The position numbers were made by a program, and so were the translations under genes. Shown here one piece after another: positions 19,859 through 31,271 of a DNA stretch of 64,000 bases. The DNA is from a candidate division WOR-3 bacterium (GTDB lineage Bacteria; Hydrothermota; Tepidihabitantia; Tepidihabitantales; Tepidihabitantaceae): NCBI GenBank assembly GCA_965649295.1, contig CBFGKH010000003.1:190615-254614 (forward strand), in the 5' to 3' direction. Each line of letters opens with the position of its first letter. Positions within the stretch are counted from its first letter, which is position 1. Below the pieces are notes generated by a model. It saw only the letters and a program-made list of their open reading frames with translations, searched no databases and was not told where the DNA came from.

Positions 19859-22729
19859 CTACTTCTCAACAACCAGTTTCTGTGTTCGTACCTCACTCCC
19901 CGCCAGCAGTTTGACGAGATAGACTCCTGCCGGCAGCTGGCGTAAGTCAAGAGACTGTGTCCGCGGGCTAACAGGATGTATCGGTAGCGTAAAAACACGA
20001 CGACCTAGAGCGTCATAGATCGATATCGAACCCACCTGTCCGATAGGCCCAGTATTGAGGCAAGCGAAGCCGGAGCGGAGTGGATTCGGCCCAAGCGTGA
20101 TAGCGAATTGCTGACCGTCGCTTACCGGCCTGCCAGCTACTCCTTCCCCTAGGCGGCTCACTCTATCAGCATCACTTCCTATGTTATAGGCGTAGAAATC
20201 AAATGTCTTGTTACCACGAAAAGCCCAGACCCGACCATCACCGAAGGCAAGCGCACCACCACCTTTGACAACTTTCGTGTTGGGGACGCGCGGCATCGAC
20301 TCCAGTTCTACCCACGTATCGACATCGGTATAGTAAGCCCAGAATTCAGTTGAGCCGCCCTTCAAACAGTAGATGACGTTATTGTTGTAAGCAAGTGCGG
20401 TGCCGAGCTTGGCCTTGCGTTTCTTGGCCGCGGCGCCAACTATTGGCAGTGAACGTTTCTCATACCAAGTGTCCAGCTCCATGTCGTATTGGAAGAACTC
20501 ATTGTAACCGCCTTTGAGCGCGTAAAGAGTACCACCAGCATTGATGAGACAACTCCCATCACCCATCCCTCGTCGTGACGCACCCTGGGCACCTGGCATC
20601 GGTCGTTTTGCAACCCAGGAATCGCCCTGTACGTGGAAGGCATAGAACTCAAAAGTCTTGCTGCCTTTCATCGCGTAAACCCAGTACTGACCGCTGGGAG
20701 TATGACGATAGAAGGCCAGTCCGGAACCACCCTTGAGCCGCTTGCGGTCTGGACCGATTGGCATCGTCTCCAAAGGAATCCAGGTATCGCGGATGATATC
20801 ATACTTCCAAAACTCACTTGTACCGTTCCCCTTGAGAGCAAAGACAAGGGTGTCATAGCGGTCATAGGCTAGAGCCGCACCCTTCTTGACTGCCTTACGC
20901 TTGCTACCGGAATAGCGCAACGATTCAAGGGTCACCCAAGAGTCGCCCGTAACATCAAAACGGTAGAACTCATTCGTTCCGTTGCCCTTGAGGGCAAAGA
21001 CCGAGAAACGGCTCGCGTTGTGCCGACCATAGCAGAGCGACGCGCCATCCTTCACTGCCTTGCCCAATGGACCGCCTGGCACCGACCGCATCTGCACCCA
21101 GCCCGGCGTTACTGTCCAACGGAAGGTAAATACTCCTGACGCGGTATCGTTCTGGTGATAAAGGTCACCGGTCAGTGCAGTGGAACAGCGAATCGTATAG
21201 TCACCCTCACCACCGGTGAATGCCTTGAATGCCACCGTCTGCTGGCTGTTAGCAGCTAGACCATAGACATACTGGATGTCATCGTAGATTAGTGTCGCCC
21301 CCAGGAAAATCCGTAGCCTGACTGCGGCAGTCTCGGCCTTCACACCATAGTTGCGGATGGTCGCCTGAGGCGCAACTGGCCGTGGCGGCATGGTGCCTTG
21401 CGGCGCGGTGATCGCAACGACACCGAAGTCACGTTCACAGTACTTCAGTGTTAGGAGGTCGAAACCCGATGCATCAGCGTGACTCTCACCTGTCACGTAG
21501 AAAACACCGTCACTGGCCACGGCAATTGCCAACGCCTCGTCGTCGAATGGCGGCGAATTGTAGTAACGCGTTACCCAGAGCTGATTCCCAAGCGTATCAT
21601 ACCCAACCGTGGCGATCTCCGGATTGTCGGCCCGGACGCTGAAACCAGTCACATAGACTCGGTTTCCACGCACCGCGATCGCCGTGGCACTGTCCTGGTT
21701 GTTCCCCTGACCAGTGTAACGGGCACTCCAGCGCTGATTGCCATCCTTGTCAAAACTGATTGTCAGGTAGTCCTCATCGTTACCGACACCGACAGACCAG
21801 CCGGTGACGTAGCTGGTGAAGTTTGGTGCAATGACAACCGCCGTGGGCCAGTCCTCGTCATTGACCGGGCCGTTATAGGTGCGGGTCCAGCGGAGACTTC
21901 CAGTAGCTGAGAACTTCGCGACCATGTAGTCATCCATCGTTGCACCAGCCCAGATCGCTCCTGCAACTACAACATGGCCAGAGTCATCCACCGCGACAGC
22001 AGTGCCGATATCGTCGTTGTTGGCAGGCCCATCGAGCGATTGCCGCCAGTCAAGAGTCCCGTTCTCAAGAACCCGCGCAACCATGATGTCGTAGGTCCCA
22101 TACAGGTCGCGGCAAGAACCGCCGATGTAGATGTTACGACTAGGACTAACCGCGATAGCAGCAGCCATTGAGCTACCATCGCCATAGGCTGATGGCACCA
22201 ATGTTGCCCAAGACTGCAGCCCGGCCGGGCTATACTTAACTACAACTGCCTGGTCAACACTACCAACCCGAGCACGGCCAGCAACACAGACGTAACCCAG
22301 ATTGTCAACGCAGAGCGCGGCCGGACTATCGCTGCCGCTGGCCGGGCCGTTGTAGCGTCGTGTCCAGAGTGTATCACCGCTCACAGCATCATATTTGATT
22401 GTAAGAAAGTCGTCCCCACTCGGTCCCGTCACCAACACACCGGCAGTGACTGGGTCATAGGCAATGGCAACGCCCTCATCATCACTAGCGCTGCCAAACT
22501 GATGCTGCCAGAGAACCGTTCCGGTTGGACTATACTTTATCGTGATAAAATCTTTACCGGTGCCAGCAGTAGTCACGTAGCCAGTGACATAGGCATTGCC
22601 CAATGGATCAGTGGCAATTGCCTGGGCACGGTCGTAGGCGGCACCAGCACTGCTGTGACGAGCCGACCATGTCCAACCAAACAGCAGTGCCGGCACAAGT
22701 CCGAACAGCACAATCCGTCTTCCCATCAC
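19859..22729 (-). CDS. Secreted protein: SBBP-like propeller + CARDB-like + Kelch-like propeller + T9SS-like CTD
   Basis: AIAxDxxGNxYVTG repeats, ALKGNGTNEFY repeats, LPAGVYLVKL...TQKLVVEK. Confidence 0.88.
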   Translation of the reverse strand: MMGRRIVLFGLVPALLFGWTWSARHSSAGAAYDRAQAIATDPLGNAYVTGYVTTAGTGKDFITIKYSPTGTVLWQHQFGSASDDEGVAIAYDPVTAGVLVTGPSGDDFLTIKYDAVSGDTLWTRRYNGPASGSDSPAALCVDNLGYVCVAGRARVGSVDQAVVVKYSPAGLQSWATLVPSAYGDGSSMAAAIAVSPSRNIYIGGSCRDLYGTYDIMVARVLENGTLDWRQSLDGPANNDDIGTAVAVDDSGHVVVAGAIWAGATMDDYMVAKFSATGSLRWTRTYNGPVNDEDWPTAVVIAPNFTSYVTGWSVGVGNDEDYLTISFDKDGNQRWSARYTGQGNNQDSATAIAVRGNRVYVTGFSVRADNPEIATVGYDTLGNQLWVTRYYNSPPFDDEALAIAVASDGVFYVTGESHADASGFDLLTLKYCERDFGVVAITAPQGTMPPRPVAPQATIRNYGVKAETAAVRLRIFLGATLIYDDIQYVYGLAANSQQTVAFKAFTGGEGDYTIRCSTALTGDLYHQNDTASGVFTFRWTVTPGWVQMRSVPGGPLGKAVKDGASLCYGRHNASRFSVFALKGNGTNEFYRFDVTGDSWVTLESLRYSGSKRKAVKKGAALAYDRYDTLVFALKGNGTSEFWKYDIIRDTWIPLETMPIGPDRKRLKGGSGLAFYRHTPSGQYWVYAMKGSKTFEFYAFHVQGDSWVAKRPMPGAQGASRRGMGDGSCLINAGGTLYALKGGYNEFFQYDMELDTWYEKRSLPIVGAAAKKRKAKLGTALAYNNNVIYCLKGGSTEFWAYYTDVDTWVELESMPRVPNTKVVKGGGALAFGDGRVWAFRGNKTFDFYAYNIGSDADRVSRLGEGVAGRPVSDGQQFAITLGPNPLRSGFACLNTGPIGQVGSISIYDALGRRVFTLPIHPVSPRTQSLDLRQLPAGVYLVKLLAGSEVRTQKLVVEK

Positions 22730-22894
22730 TTACCTCCAGATTGCGGCTATCGATAGCGAAAGACAATCCGGCAGAGTATCAACTGCGCTGCCGTCCGAAA
22801 AGCTAACTCTTGCCGGTATCGTAATATATACTACCACCAACCCATTGCGAGTCAATCTAGCTTTACAGCTGCACATTGACAAGTATATTAGACC

Positions 22895-23599
22895 ATGCGT
22901 ACCACCATCGCCATCATCCTTGGCCTAAGCATGGTAATTGCCGCCGCCGTTTTCGGTAACTATTTCTACCGCAGCCGCAGTCACAGTAGCACAATCAGAG
23001 TCGTCGGTTCGGCTAGCCGCCGGTTTGATTCTGATGTTGTCAAGTGGCGGATTACAGTCGGCCGCACGGTTAGCCTCGCTGATGCACGTGTCGGCTACGC
23101 TCAAACTCGAGCAGAGTTCGAGTCAGTACTCGAATTCCTGCGTGCAGCCGGAGTTCCTGACACGGCGATTCAGGCTCAGCCCCTCAGCCGCAACTACAGC
23201 TACGACAACAGCGGTAACGTAATCGGCTACACCTTTCAACAGAGTCTGTTTGTGGTCTATCGTGACGTCAACCTCGTCGAGAAACTGGCTCTCGATCCCG
23301 AGACGCTCGCTGCCCGAGGTATTGCTCCACAGTTTTCTAGTCTCGAGTACTACCTGTCTGGCCTCGCCGACATCAAACGTGAACTGCTGGCCGAAGCTAC
23401 CCGTGATGCTAAAGCTAGGGCAGTCGAAATTGCCAGCAATGCCGGCGCTCGGATTGGCTCGCTGATCGCAGCAAGGTCCGGTGTTTTCCAAATTACCGAA
23501 CCCTTTTCGACCGAAGTCAGTGATTACGGCATCTACAGCACAACTACTCGGCAGAAGGACGTCACAATAACCGTCACTACTGAGTTTCGGCTACGATAA
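22895..23599 (+). CDS. SIMPL (DUF541) domain protein
   Basis: N-terminal TM, TIRVVGSA, EATRDAKARA...IA, GVFQIT...YGIYSTT pattern. Confidence 0.85.
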   Translation: MRTTIAIILGLSMVIAAAVFGNYFYRSRSHSSTIRVVGSASRRFDSDVVKWRITVGRTVSLADARVGYAQTRAEFESVLEFLRAAGVPDTAIQAQPLSRNYSYDNSGNVIGYTFQQSLFVVYRDVNLVEKLALDPETLAARGIAPQFSSLEYYLSGLADIKRELLAEATRDAKARAVEIASNAGARIGSLIAARSGVFQITEPFSTEVSDYGIYSTTTRQKDVTITVTTEFRLR

Positions 23600-23603
23600 T
23601 GAG

Positions 23604-23630
23604 ACGGGGGCAGGCAGTGCCTGCCCCCGT
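23604..23630. terminator. Hairpin between convergent genes
   Basis: acgggggcaggc-agt-gcctgcccccgt. Confidence 0.7.
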
Positions 23631-23644
23631 ACCTACCTGAGTGC

Positions 23645-26641
23645 TTATCGGCTGATAGTGACGCGCCGGACAATGCGCTTGTCTCTGGTTTCCAGGCAAA
23701 GCAGGTACACTCCAGACGGGAATCGGCGCAAGTCCATCACGACCGGACCATTGACCGGTCCCGGCGATTGGTGCAACACGCTCCTGCCGGCAGCATCGTA
23801 TAGCCGAATATCCGCCTCTCCCGGCGCACCCAGTTCCAACTGCAATCTAAGCCAACCATCTGTCAGGATCGGCGCCAACTCGCTAAACATCTTGCCCAGT
23901 CGCGGCTCAGTCTGCTGAAATCGCGGTTCGTTTGCAGTCGGCCCAGGTCGAAGCGAACCAGGCTGACGGTACGCCCAGAACTCCAGCGACTTGTTTCCCT
24001 TCAAAACATAGATACGGCCCTGAGCGGCTACAATATCCGCACCGGCCTTGACTGTCTTCCTCCGGCCATCGCGGCCAATCGCCGGTATCGGATCGAGTGC
24101 AACCCACGAATTGTGCCAGGTCTCATAACGCCAGCACTCGGTCGTGTTGCCGCCTTTGAGGGCATAGATTGCTCCGTCAAGCCAAGTCCCCGCACTGCCG
24201 TCCTTGGCCTTTCGAGATTCACCAGAAGGACCAATGTAAGGCATTCCCGCCAGTGGCTGCGAACTCCATGTCTCACCAACCACATCATACCGCCACAGTT
24301 CGTGGATGCGCGGTTTATGGGCGTAGATCGTTCGATTGCCGTCATAGACCAAGAACGACCCATCGTTCCAACGAACACTAGGATTCGGCGCTCCCGGCAA
24401 GGGTTCCCAACTGTCATGCTCGGGCAGATAGCGCAGAAACTCGGCTGACGGCCCTTTCATCAAGTAGAGCCGCGCTGTTCCACCAGTTCCGACACAGACA
24501 ATATCGGCCCCAGCCTTGATCTTGCCTTTGCTTGTGTATGATGGCACATCCCGCAGACGAAGCCACGAATCACTGGCGATGTCATAACGCCAAAACTCCT
24601 GCGTATTGCCGCCCTTAATTGCATAAACGGCGTTCTGCCCATCAAAGTTCGCAGTCGCGCCCTTACCAAAGAACGCACGACCTTTCTCGCCAGCCGGCAC
24701 TGCCGTGCGCAGCTGCCAGCGGCCGGAACTAAGGTCAAAACTGTAGAAATCGGAGGTCCGGTTCCCCTTGGCCGCTAGGATTCGACCCGGACAGGCAACA
24801 AGCCAAGCTCCATCCTTTACCATCTTTGCCGAAGGCTCGGCTGTCAACGATGCAAGCTCCTCCCAGCCGCCAGCCGGCACCGATAGAACCGTGACCGTGG
24901 CCGTTGCCGAATCATTCGTTGGATTCTGATCCTGGTCCAACACCGTTCTAGCACTAACTGAGTACTCACCGGTCGCCGTCGGCGTCCAGCCTGCTGACAA
25001 TGTCCGAACGAGCGATGCGCCTGCAGCCAATGGAATGCCTGTTTCGGTGGTATCGTAAACAACGATACCCTGGCGTCGAATCACCACGCGCAACCCGAAA
25101 GTGGCGCTGTATACGCCGAAATTGCGAACAACCACCTCGGGTTGGACCACGCGACCCTGATAGATAGTGCCAGCCGGCTGGACAACCGTCGTGACGCCGA
25201 CGTCTTGGCCGGTCTGTCTCATAACCCAGATATCGTCAACGATCAGCTGGTTCAGACTCATGCCGCGCTTACGCAACGCAAGATGAATTGTCGTACCACT
25301 GTACCACTCAAGCGACGCACCCAATTCGAGGTAACTTGTTGACCCGACTGCTACACGCCGCAGCCGGGCAATTGTATCGGCAATGTTCTGGCCAGACATT
25401 ACCCAAAGCTCTAGCGTGTCGACCGGGCTCACCCCAGCAGTTCGCACAAAGAGCCCCACCGAGTCAACGAAACCTGCAGCCAGCACAAGCGGTGGCGAAA
25501 TAAGCCAGTCGTCATTCGGCAAGGTTGTTTCGAAGATGCAACGGACAAAAGACGCCCCGGTGTGCGCCTGGGAACCCGAAGACCGCGCCCAGAGGTAGTT
25601 ACCACCGTCGTTCGAGCGCGCAACCCAGCCGTTTGGTAGCGAAGCTGTGGTCCGGTCGAAACCCTCCGCAAAGTAGGTGCCGACTGGAAAAAGCCAGTCA
25701 TCGAAACGTGCCGTGTCGTTCGGCCGGGCCGGTTCCCCGCTGTTCCGAACCGCAGCCGCGAATGACCGTGGACCCGGCAACGTTCCACCATAGCGGTAGT
25801 TGAACACCACTGTTGTCTCCACGCCGGGACCGACCTGCGAAAGCAGAATCGAATCAAAGGGCACGTTATCAACTAGCCCCGTCACCCTAACGCTATGGGC
25901 CACATTCGTGCCGAGGTTTGCAATCCGTGCCCAGATTGTCTCGTCCTGTCCCGCCACCAGCGGATAGGAACTTGTGCTGCAGGCCAGCACACGGACGTCC
26001 ACTGGCAGATAATAAGTGACTATCAGCCGGGGCCGGCGCGATGAGCTGTTCCAGCCGTAGAACTGTCCGCCATAATCGGGGTCTTCGCTTGTCTCATCAA
26101 ATCCAAAGGCAATCCAATCCGCGGCCAGCCGACCCTGAATCGCTGCCACCGCTGCTGAATTCAATTGCTGCAGCACCCAAATCGGCACCGCCTGGTACGG
26201 AATCGGCAATGGCTCTGCCATCTCTGGCCCGGTCGTGATCTGTTGCATCAGCACGGCGCCCGAGTTTTCGACTACTGGGTCAACAGAAAGCAACCGCGGC
26301 ACAACTCCTGCACCATAGGGTTGCAGCTGACTTGCGCTGTAGCGCAGAGCCGCCGATACGATCACCGCATCGTCGGGAATCGCAGAAAGGTCGAACTTCG
26401 CCCACCCACGTTCAACCGCATTGACCAGATTACGACTGGAGATTGTTGCTGTGCTTGTTGATTGCTTTACATAACTCGTCCCGTCGAAACGAACGAAACC
26501 AGTCCAGTGGCCCTGCCACTGAGGGAAGACACTGTCACAGGCATCAACTGAAACGATATCGGTTGCGCTGCCCAATCCAACACCAGCAGCAACGCTACCC
26601 AGGCCTAACACAAGGCTCAACGTACTGAAGCACCTACCCAT
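23645..26641 (-). CDS. Secreted protein: DNRLRE-like + CARDB-like + cleaved-adhesin-like + Kelch-like propeller + T9SS-like CTD
   Basis: AKFDLSAIPDDAVIVSAAL...RPRLIVTY, NDDWLISPPL, ALKGGNT repeats, PSGVYLL CTD. Confidence 0.85.
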   Translation of the reverse strand: MGRCFSTLSLVLGLGSVAAGVGLGSATDIVSVDACDSVFPQWQGHWTGFVRFDGTSYVKQSTSTATISSRNLVNAVERGWAKFDLSAIPDDAVIVSAALRYSASQLQPYGAGVVPRLLSVDPVVENSGAVLMQQITTGPEMAEPLPIPYQAVPIWVLQQLNSAAVAAIQGRLAADWIAFGFDETSEDPDYGGQFYGWNSSSRRPRLIVTYYLPVDVRVLACSTSSYPLVAGQDETIWARIANLGTNVAHSVRVTGLVDNVPFDSILLSQVGPGVETTVVFNYRYGGTLPGPRSFAAAVRNSGEPARPNDTARFDDWLFPVGTYFAEGFDRTTASLPNGWVARSNDGGNYLWARSSGSQAHTGASFVRCIFETTLPNDDWLISPPLVLAAGFVDSVGLFVRTAGVSPVDTLELWVMSGQNIADTIARLRRVAVGSTSYLELGASLEWYSGTTIHLALRKRGMSLNQLIVDDIWVMRQTGQDVGVTTVVQPAGTIYQGRVVQPEVVVRNFGVYSATFGLRVVIRRQGIVVYDTTETGIPLAAGASLVRTLSAGWTPTATGEYSVSARTVLDQDQNPTNDSATATVTVLSVPAGGWEELASLTAEPSAKMVKDGAWLVACPGRILAAKGNRTSDFYSFDLSSGRWQLRTAVPAGEKGRAFFGKGATANFDGQNAVYAIKGGNTQEFWRYDIASDSWLRLRDVPSYTSKGKIKAGADIVCVGTGGTARLYLMKGPSAEFLRYLPEHDSWEPLPGAPNPSVRWNDGSFLVYDGNRTIYAHKPRIHELWRYDVVGETWSSQPLAGMPYIGPSGESRKAKDGSAGTWLDGAIYALKGGNTTECWRYETWHNSWVALDPIPAIGRDGRRKTVKAGADIVAAQGRIYVLKGNKSLEFWAYRQPGSLRPGPTANEPRFQQTEPRLGKMFSELAPILTDGWLRLQLELGAPGEADIRLYDAAGRSVLHQSPGPVNGPVVMDLRRFPSGVYLLCLETRDKRIVRRVTISR

Positions 26642-26768
26642 TAACCGGCTCCTTCCACAAAATCTCGCCGTTGTTTTCCCTGCTTTACAATCTTACCCAT
26701 CTTGTCCCGAGTCGTCAAACTTGACCGACACAATGGACACGGACGATTCCTGCCCTATAATCCTGCCG

Positions 26769-27638
26769 ATGTCCCATTGTTTCCGAACCATCGTACTGAT
26801 GAGCCTCATTGGGCTCGCTACCTCAGCCCTTGGTCAGTACAGCCGCGAGTGGCAGAGCGGCAACCTCGGCTACGGTGCTTGGGGTGCGAGCTACGGCTAT
26901 GACTTGGACGGAGATGGTTTTCCCAACTTCTGGATTCGATCCCCCGGCCAGCTTGTCGTTTATGGAACAAACTATACTCCCTGGTGGACGATCAGCTTCC
27001 CCGGATATGAGTACCCGATGCTCATCACGCCTCGCGACATCGATGGTGACGGTCTTGTCCGGCCTGTCCAGCTGGATAGTGACCCGGCCGGTGAGATTGT
27101 CGTCACCGCCTACAAGACCAGCCCGAGTGTTGCCGGTATCGTTCGCGTCTACGATGCCACATCACGGACACTGGAATGGCAGAGTGCCGAGTGCGCAGGC
27201 TTCAGCGGCTCCCTATCACTTGACGATGTTGACGGCGATGGCCGTCACGAGCTGATCCTCACCCGTTCTGACTACTCCGGCAATTGGGGTTACGTCGAGA
27301 TATGGGGCTTCTCCGGCGCCGGCTGTACCGAAGAAGCCAGCTTTGTGCCCAAGATGTCGATACCGGTCACCACCACGACGCCGGTTGGAGAATCGTCCCG
27401 CATCCGGTTCGAACTAGCTACTGCCGGTCAAGTGAAACTGCAGATACACAACCAGACCGGCCAAATTGTGCAGACTCTAATCGCCGCCAAGTTACCAGCC
27501 GGTCACTACGATGTTACCTGGGACTGCCGAGACAATAGCGGTATCCCAGTTCCAGCCGGCACCTACATCTATCGTCTCGAGTGCGACCGAAGAGTGGGAA
27601 CCGGCACCATTCAGGTTGTTCGCGGCCGCCAGAATTGA
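26769..27638 (+). CDS. Secreted FG-GAP/DxDGDG-repeat protein with FlgD-like CTD
   Basis: DLDGDG, DIDGDG and DVDGDG motifs, WDCRDNSGIPVPAGTYIY. ATG lies 7 nt after TATAAT. Confidence 0.8.
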   Translation: MSHCFRTIVLMSLIGLATSALGQYSREWQSGNLGYGAWGASYGYDLDGDGFPNFWIRSPGQLVVYGTNYTPWWTISFPGYEYPMLITPRDIDGDGLVRPVQLDSDPAGEIVVTAYKTSPSVAGIVRVYDATSRTLEWQSAECAGFSGSLSLDDVDGDGRHELILTRSDYSGNWGYVEIWGFSGAGCTEEASFVPKMSIPVTTTTPVGESSRIRFELATAGQVKLQIHNQTGQIVQTLIAAKLPAGHYDVTWDCRDNSGIPVPAGTYIYRLECDRRVGTGTIQVVRGRQN

Positions 27639-27697
27639 CTTGACCTTCTGCCTTCCCTAGATTGAACAGATAGCGTTGAGTAGCGCTCACAGCCACC

Positions 27698-27784
27698 GGA
27701 GGGCTAGCCTAACTGGTAAGGCAGCAGACTTGAAATCTGCCGGCTCAGCGATGGGCCTTGCGGGTTCGAATCCTGCGCCCTCCG
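27698..27784 (+). tRNA. tRNA-Ser (TGA)
   Basis: 7-bp acceptor GGAGGGC, GCAGA-CTTGAAA-TCTGC anticodon arm, long variable arm, G discriminator. Confidence 0.93.
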
Positions 27785-27832
27785 TCTGCCTTGCTCGTAA
27801 CGATGGCACTGTTTGCCGAGCTCCTTTGTCCT

Positions 27833-27921
27833 GGAGAGGTGGCCGAGTGGTCGAAGGCGATCGCTTGCTAAGCGGTTGTACGGGTAAAACTGTACCGTGG
27901 GTTCGAATCCCACCCTCTCCG
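27833..27921 (+). tRNA. tRNA-Ser (GCT)
   Basis: GGAGAGG acceptor, TTGCTAA anticodon loop, long variable arm, GTTCGAATCC. Confidence 0.95.
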
Positions 27922-28000
27922 TCAAATACCCACCGCATGTATTCCTGCACCAAGCGCAAACTAGGTGCTACTGGCTCACCTCACCCCATCCGATAGTCCG

Positions 28001-29587
28001 ATGATAGCACCGGTGCGCGTTCGAATCGCTCCTTCACCAACCGGAGCACTGCACCTTGGCCTGGTACGCACGGCACTATACAACTGGCTTTTTGCCCGTC
28101 ACCATGGCGGTAGCTTCGTCCTACGTATTGACGATACCGATCCACAGCGAAACCGGGCCGAAATGATTGCTCCGATTCAGGATGGGCTACGCTGGCTGGG
28201 CATTGATTGGGACGAAGGCCCTGACAAGGGTGGGCCTCATGCACCCTACTTCCAGTCAGAACGAGCTGACTTTCACCGCGCAGCGGTCGAACAGCTACTG
28301 GCCGTCGGCGCTGCTTACTGGGACTATGCCACTGCTGAAGAGATTGCTGCCGAACGCCAACAGGCCATCGAATCCAAACAAGGCGTATTCCGCTACAGCC
28401 GCCGTTGGATGGCAACTTCAGAAGCCGAGCGCCGTCGATTCGAAGCCCAAGGTCGCCGAGGTGTGGTGCGGCTGAAGATGCCAAGCAATGGCACATTGGT
28501 CATTGATGACATCGTCCGCGGACGAGTCGAGTTTGGGTGGCAACGCGAACAGGACCACGTCGTGATGCGCTCGGATGGTACCTGTCTTTACCACTTAGCC
28601 AGCACGATTGACGATAACGCAATGGGCATCACCCATGTGATTCGCGCCGAGGAACATCTCTCCAACACCCCCCGTCAGGTATTCATACTTCAGTCACTCG
28701 GCTGCCCACTGCCGCAATATGCGCATCTCCCCTATGTTGCCGAACCAGGAACGAAGAACAAATTGAGCAAACGCAAGGTGAAACAGTACCTACAGAACAA
28801 GGACTTCGCCGAACTCGTCGAGCGCGGTAACCGCATCGCCACCACTCTCGGGATTAACACTGACCCAGACCTGTTCAGCCCTGTACTGGTCGGATTCTAC
28901 GAACAGATTGGATTCTTGCCTGAAGCGCTGATTAACTACATTGCCCTGCTAGGCTGGTCATGGGACGACCGCACTGAATGGTTCAGCCGTGACGAACTGA
29001 TCCAACGGTTCAGTCTCGAAAGAGTCAACCGTGCGCCAGCCAGTTTCGACCCTGGCAAACTTCTTGCCTTCCAGGTGCGGAGCATGATGTCATTGTCAGT
29101 AGAAGAACGCTGCAAGTTGGTTCTGCCCTTCCTGGTTCGGGCCGGCTTGCTGGCCGCTGAACCGAGTCCACAGGACCGCGCCCAACTCGCCAGTGTCGTA
29201 GCGGCTGCTGGTGACCGTATCAAGGTAGCTGGTGACATACTCGAGTACACCTACTTCTTTGTGCCAGATGCCGAACTGACCTTCGACGCTGACGCGTGGA
29301 ACCGAGAACTTAGCCGCCCCAGCGCGGTCGAGAGACTAGCGAAAATCAGACCACTGCTAGCCACAGCGGCTGATTTCTCCGGGCCAGCACTGGAGAATCT
29401 GGTCTTCGAGTTCATCAATCGCGAAGGCATCAAACCAGCCCAGATTGTCCACATTCTCCGCCTAGCGATAACCGGCAAAGCCATTGGGTTCGGACTGTAT
29501 GATACCATGGCCATCCTTGGCAAGCAGTCCGTCCTCTCACGAATTGATCTAGCACTGGCGCGTGCGCGAGGAGCAAGCAATGACTGA
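28001..29587 (+). CDS. gltX: Glutamate--tRNA ligase
   Basis: [33 protein letters not shown]. Confidence 0.95.
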   Translation: MIAPVRVRIAPSPTGALHLGLVRTALYNWLFARHHGGSFVLRIDDTDPQRNRAEMIAPIQDGLRWLGIDWDEGPDKGGPHAPYFQSERADFHRAAVEQLLAVGAAYWDYATAEEIAAERQQAIESKQGVFRYSRRWMATSEAERRRFEAQGRRGVVRLKMPSNGTLVIDDIVRGRVEFGWQREQDHVVMRSDGTCLYHLASTIDDNAMGITHVIRAEEHLSNTPRQVFILQSLGCPLPQYAHLPYVAEPGTKNKLSKRKVKQYLQNKDFAELVERGNRIATTLGINTDPDLFSPVLVGFYEQIGFLPEALINYIALLGWSWDDRTEWFSRDELIQRFSLERVNRAPASFDPGKLLAFQVRSMMSLSVEERCKLVLPFLVRAGLLAAEPSPQDRAQLASVVAAAGDRIKVAGDILEYTYFFVPDAELTFDADAWNRELSRPSAVERLAKIRPLLATAADFSGPALENLVFEFINREGIKPAQIVHILRLAITGKAIGFGLYDTMAILGKQSVLSRIDLALARARGASND

Positions 29588-31271
29588 AGTTCGAACGCCC
29601 AAGAACTTTATCGAAGAAGCAGTCGAACAGGACCTAGCCAGCGGTCGTTTCAGCCGGGTACGTACCAGGTTCCCACCCGAGCCCAACGGACGATTGCATA
29701 TCGGCCATGCCAAAGCAATCTCGATAGACTTTGGCATCGCCGAGAAGTACGGCGGCACCTGCAACCTCCGCTTCGACGATACCAATCCGACCAAGGAAGA
29801 AACCCATTACGTCGAGGCAATCAAAGAAGACATCCGCTGGTTGGGCTATGACTGGCAGGGCCGGGAGTTTTACGCTTCGGACTATTTTGAGCAACTCTAC
29901 CAGTGGGCGGTGCAACTCATTAAGGCGGGCAAGGCCTACGTCTGCGACCTCTCTCCAGACGAAGTGCGGCAGATGCGCGGAACCCTAACCGAGCCAGGCA
30001 AGAACAGTCCTTACCGTGACCGTTCGGTTGAGGAAAACCTCAATCTGTTTGAGCGAATGCGCGCCGGAGAATTTCCTGACGGCTCACGAACACTGCGCGC
30101 TAAGATCGACATGGCCTCGCCTAATCTCAATCTGCGTGACCCGGTGATGTACCGCATTCTCCACGCTCACCATCATCGAACTGGTGACCGCTGGTGTATT
30201 TATCCGACCTACGACTGGGCCCACGGCCAGTCTGACTCGATCGAAGGCGTAACCCATTCACTCTGCTCGCTTGAGTTCGAGGACCATCGACCGCTCTACG
30301 AGTGGTTTATCCGCGAACTGGGCATCTTTCCCTCTCGACAGATTGAGTTTGCCCGCCTCAACCTGACCTACACCGTGATGAGCAAACGTCGGCTACTCGA
30401 GCTTGTCGAAACCGGCATCGTCAAAGGCTGGGACGACCCGCGTATGCCAACTCTCTGTGGCCTGCGCCGCCGTGGCTATCCGCCCGCAGCGATTCGGGAG
30501 TTCCTACGTCGTATCGGAGTGGCGAAGGCTGACACCATTGTTGACATCGAGCTCCTCGAACACTGCGTCCGTGAGAAACTGAACCGCACTGCCCTGCGAG
30601 CGATGGCCGTGCTGCGACCGTTGCGGCTAGTGATCGTCAACTATCCCGAATCTCAGGTTGAATGGTTCGAAGCGTTGAACAACCCTGAGAACCCTGCTGC
30701 CGGTACCCGCCCAGTCCCATTCTCGCGCGTGCTCTACATCGAACAGGACGATTTCCGAGAAACGCCGCCACCAAAGTACTACCGTCTCGCCCCTGGCCGC
30801 GAGGTTCGGTTGCGGGCGGCGTACTTCGTCCGCTGTATCGAGGTAGTCAAAGACGAAAGCACTGGCGCGGTGAAAGAACTACGCTGTACCTATGACCCTG
30901 CAACTCGTGGTGGCGACGCGCCTGATGGCAGACGAGTGAAAGCTACGATTCATTGGGTTTCGGCTGAACACGCGCTTACTGCCACGGTGCGCGAATACGG
31001 TCACCTCTTCACCAAGCCTGACCCGGACGAAGCACCACCAGGTCAGGACTGGCGGGCAAACGTCAACCCGAGGTCGCTGGTCGAACTATCTGACTGCAAA
31101 CTCGAACCCAGCCTCAAGTCGGTCCGACCAGGCGACGTGCGGCAGTTCGAAAGACTCGGCTACTTCTGCGTTGACCCGGATTCAACCCCCCAACGGCTCG
31201 TCTTCAATCGCACCGTGACGCTCAAAGACGAGTGGGCGCGGCTGTCGAAACAAATCGAGGGAACAAAGTGA
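29580..31271 (+). CDS. glnS: Glutamine--tRNA ligase
   Basis: [41 protein letters not shown]. Confidence 0.97.
   Translation: MTEVRTPKNFIEEAVEQDLASGRFSRVRTRFPPEPNGRLHIGHAKAISIDFGIAEKYGGTCNLRFDDTNPTKEETHYVEAIKEDIRWLGYDWQGREFYASDYFEQLYQWAVQLIKAGKAYVCDLSPDEVRQMRGTLTEPGKNSPYRDRSVEENLNLFERMRAGEFPDGSRTLRAKIDMASPNLNLRDPVMYRILHAHHHRTGDRWCIYPTYDWAHGQSDSIEGVTHSLCSLEFEDHRPLYEWFIRELGIFPSRQIEFARLNLTYTVMSKRRLLELVETGIVKGWDDPRMPTLCGLRRRGYPPAAIREFLRRIGVAKADTIVDIELLEHCVREKLNRTALRAMAVLRPLRLVIVNYPESQVEWFEALNNPENPAAGTRPVPFSRVLYIEQDDFRETPPPKYYRLAPGREVRLRAAYFVRCIEVVKDESTGAVKELRCTYDPATRGGDAPDGRRVKATIHWVSAEHALTATVREYGHLFTKPDPDEAPPGQDWRANVNPRSLVELSDCKLEPSLKSVRPGDVRQFERLGYFCVDPDSTPQRLVFNRTVTLKDEWARLSKQIEGTK

Noticed and set aside
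27698..27784. Possible tRNA-Sec
   Set aside because: The anticodon is TGA (reads UCA, Ser), not TCA, and the acceptor stem is a normal 7 bp.
27638..28000. Integrated element at the tRNA-Ser genes
   Set aside because: No integrase and no duplicated tRNA 3' end seen in the window.
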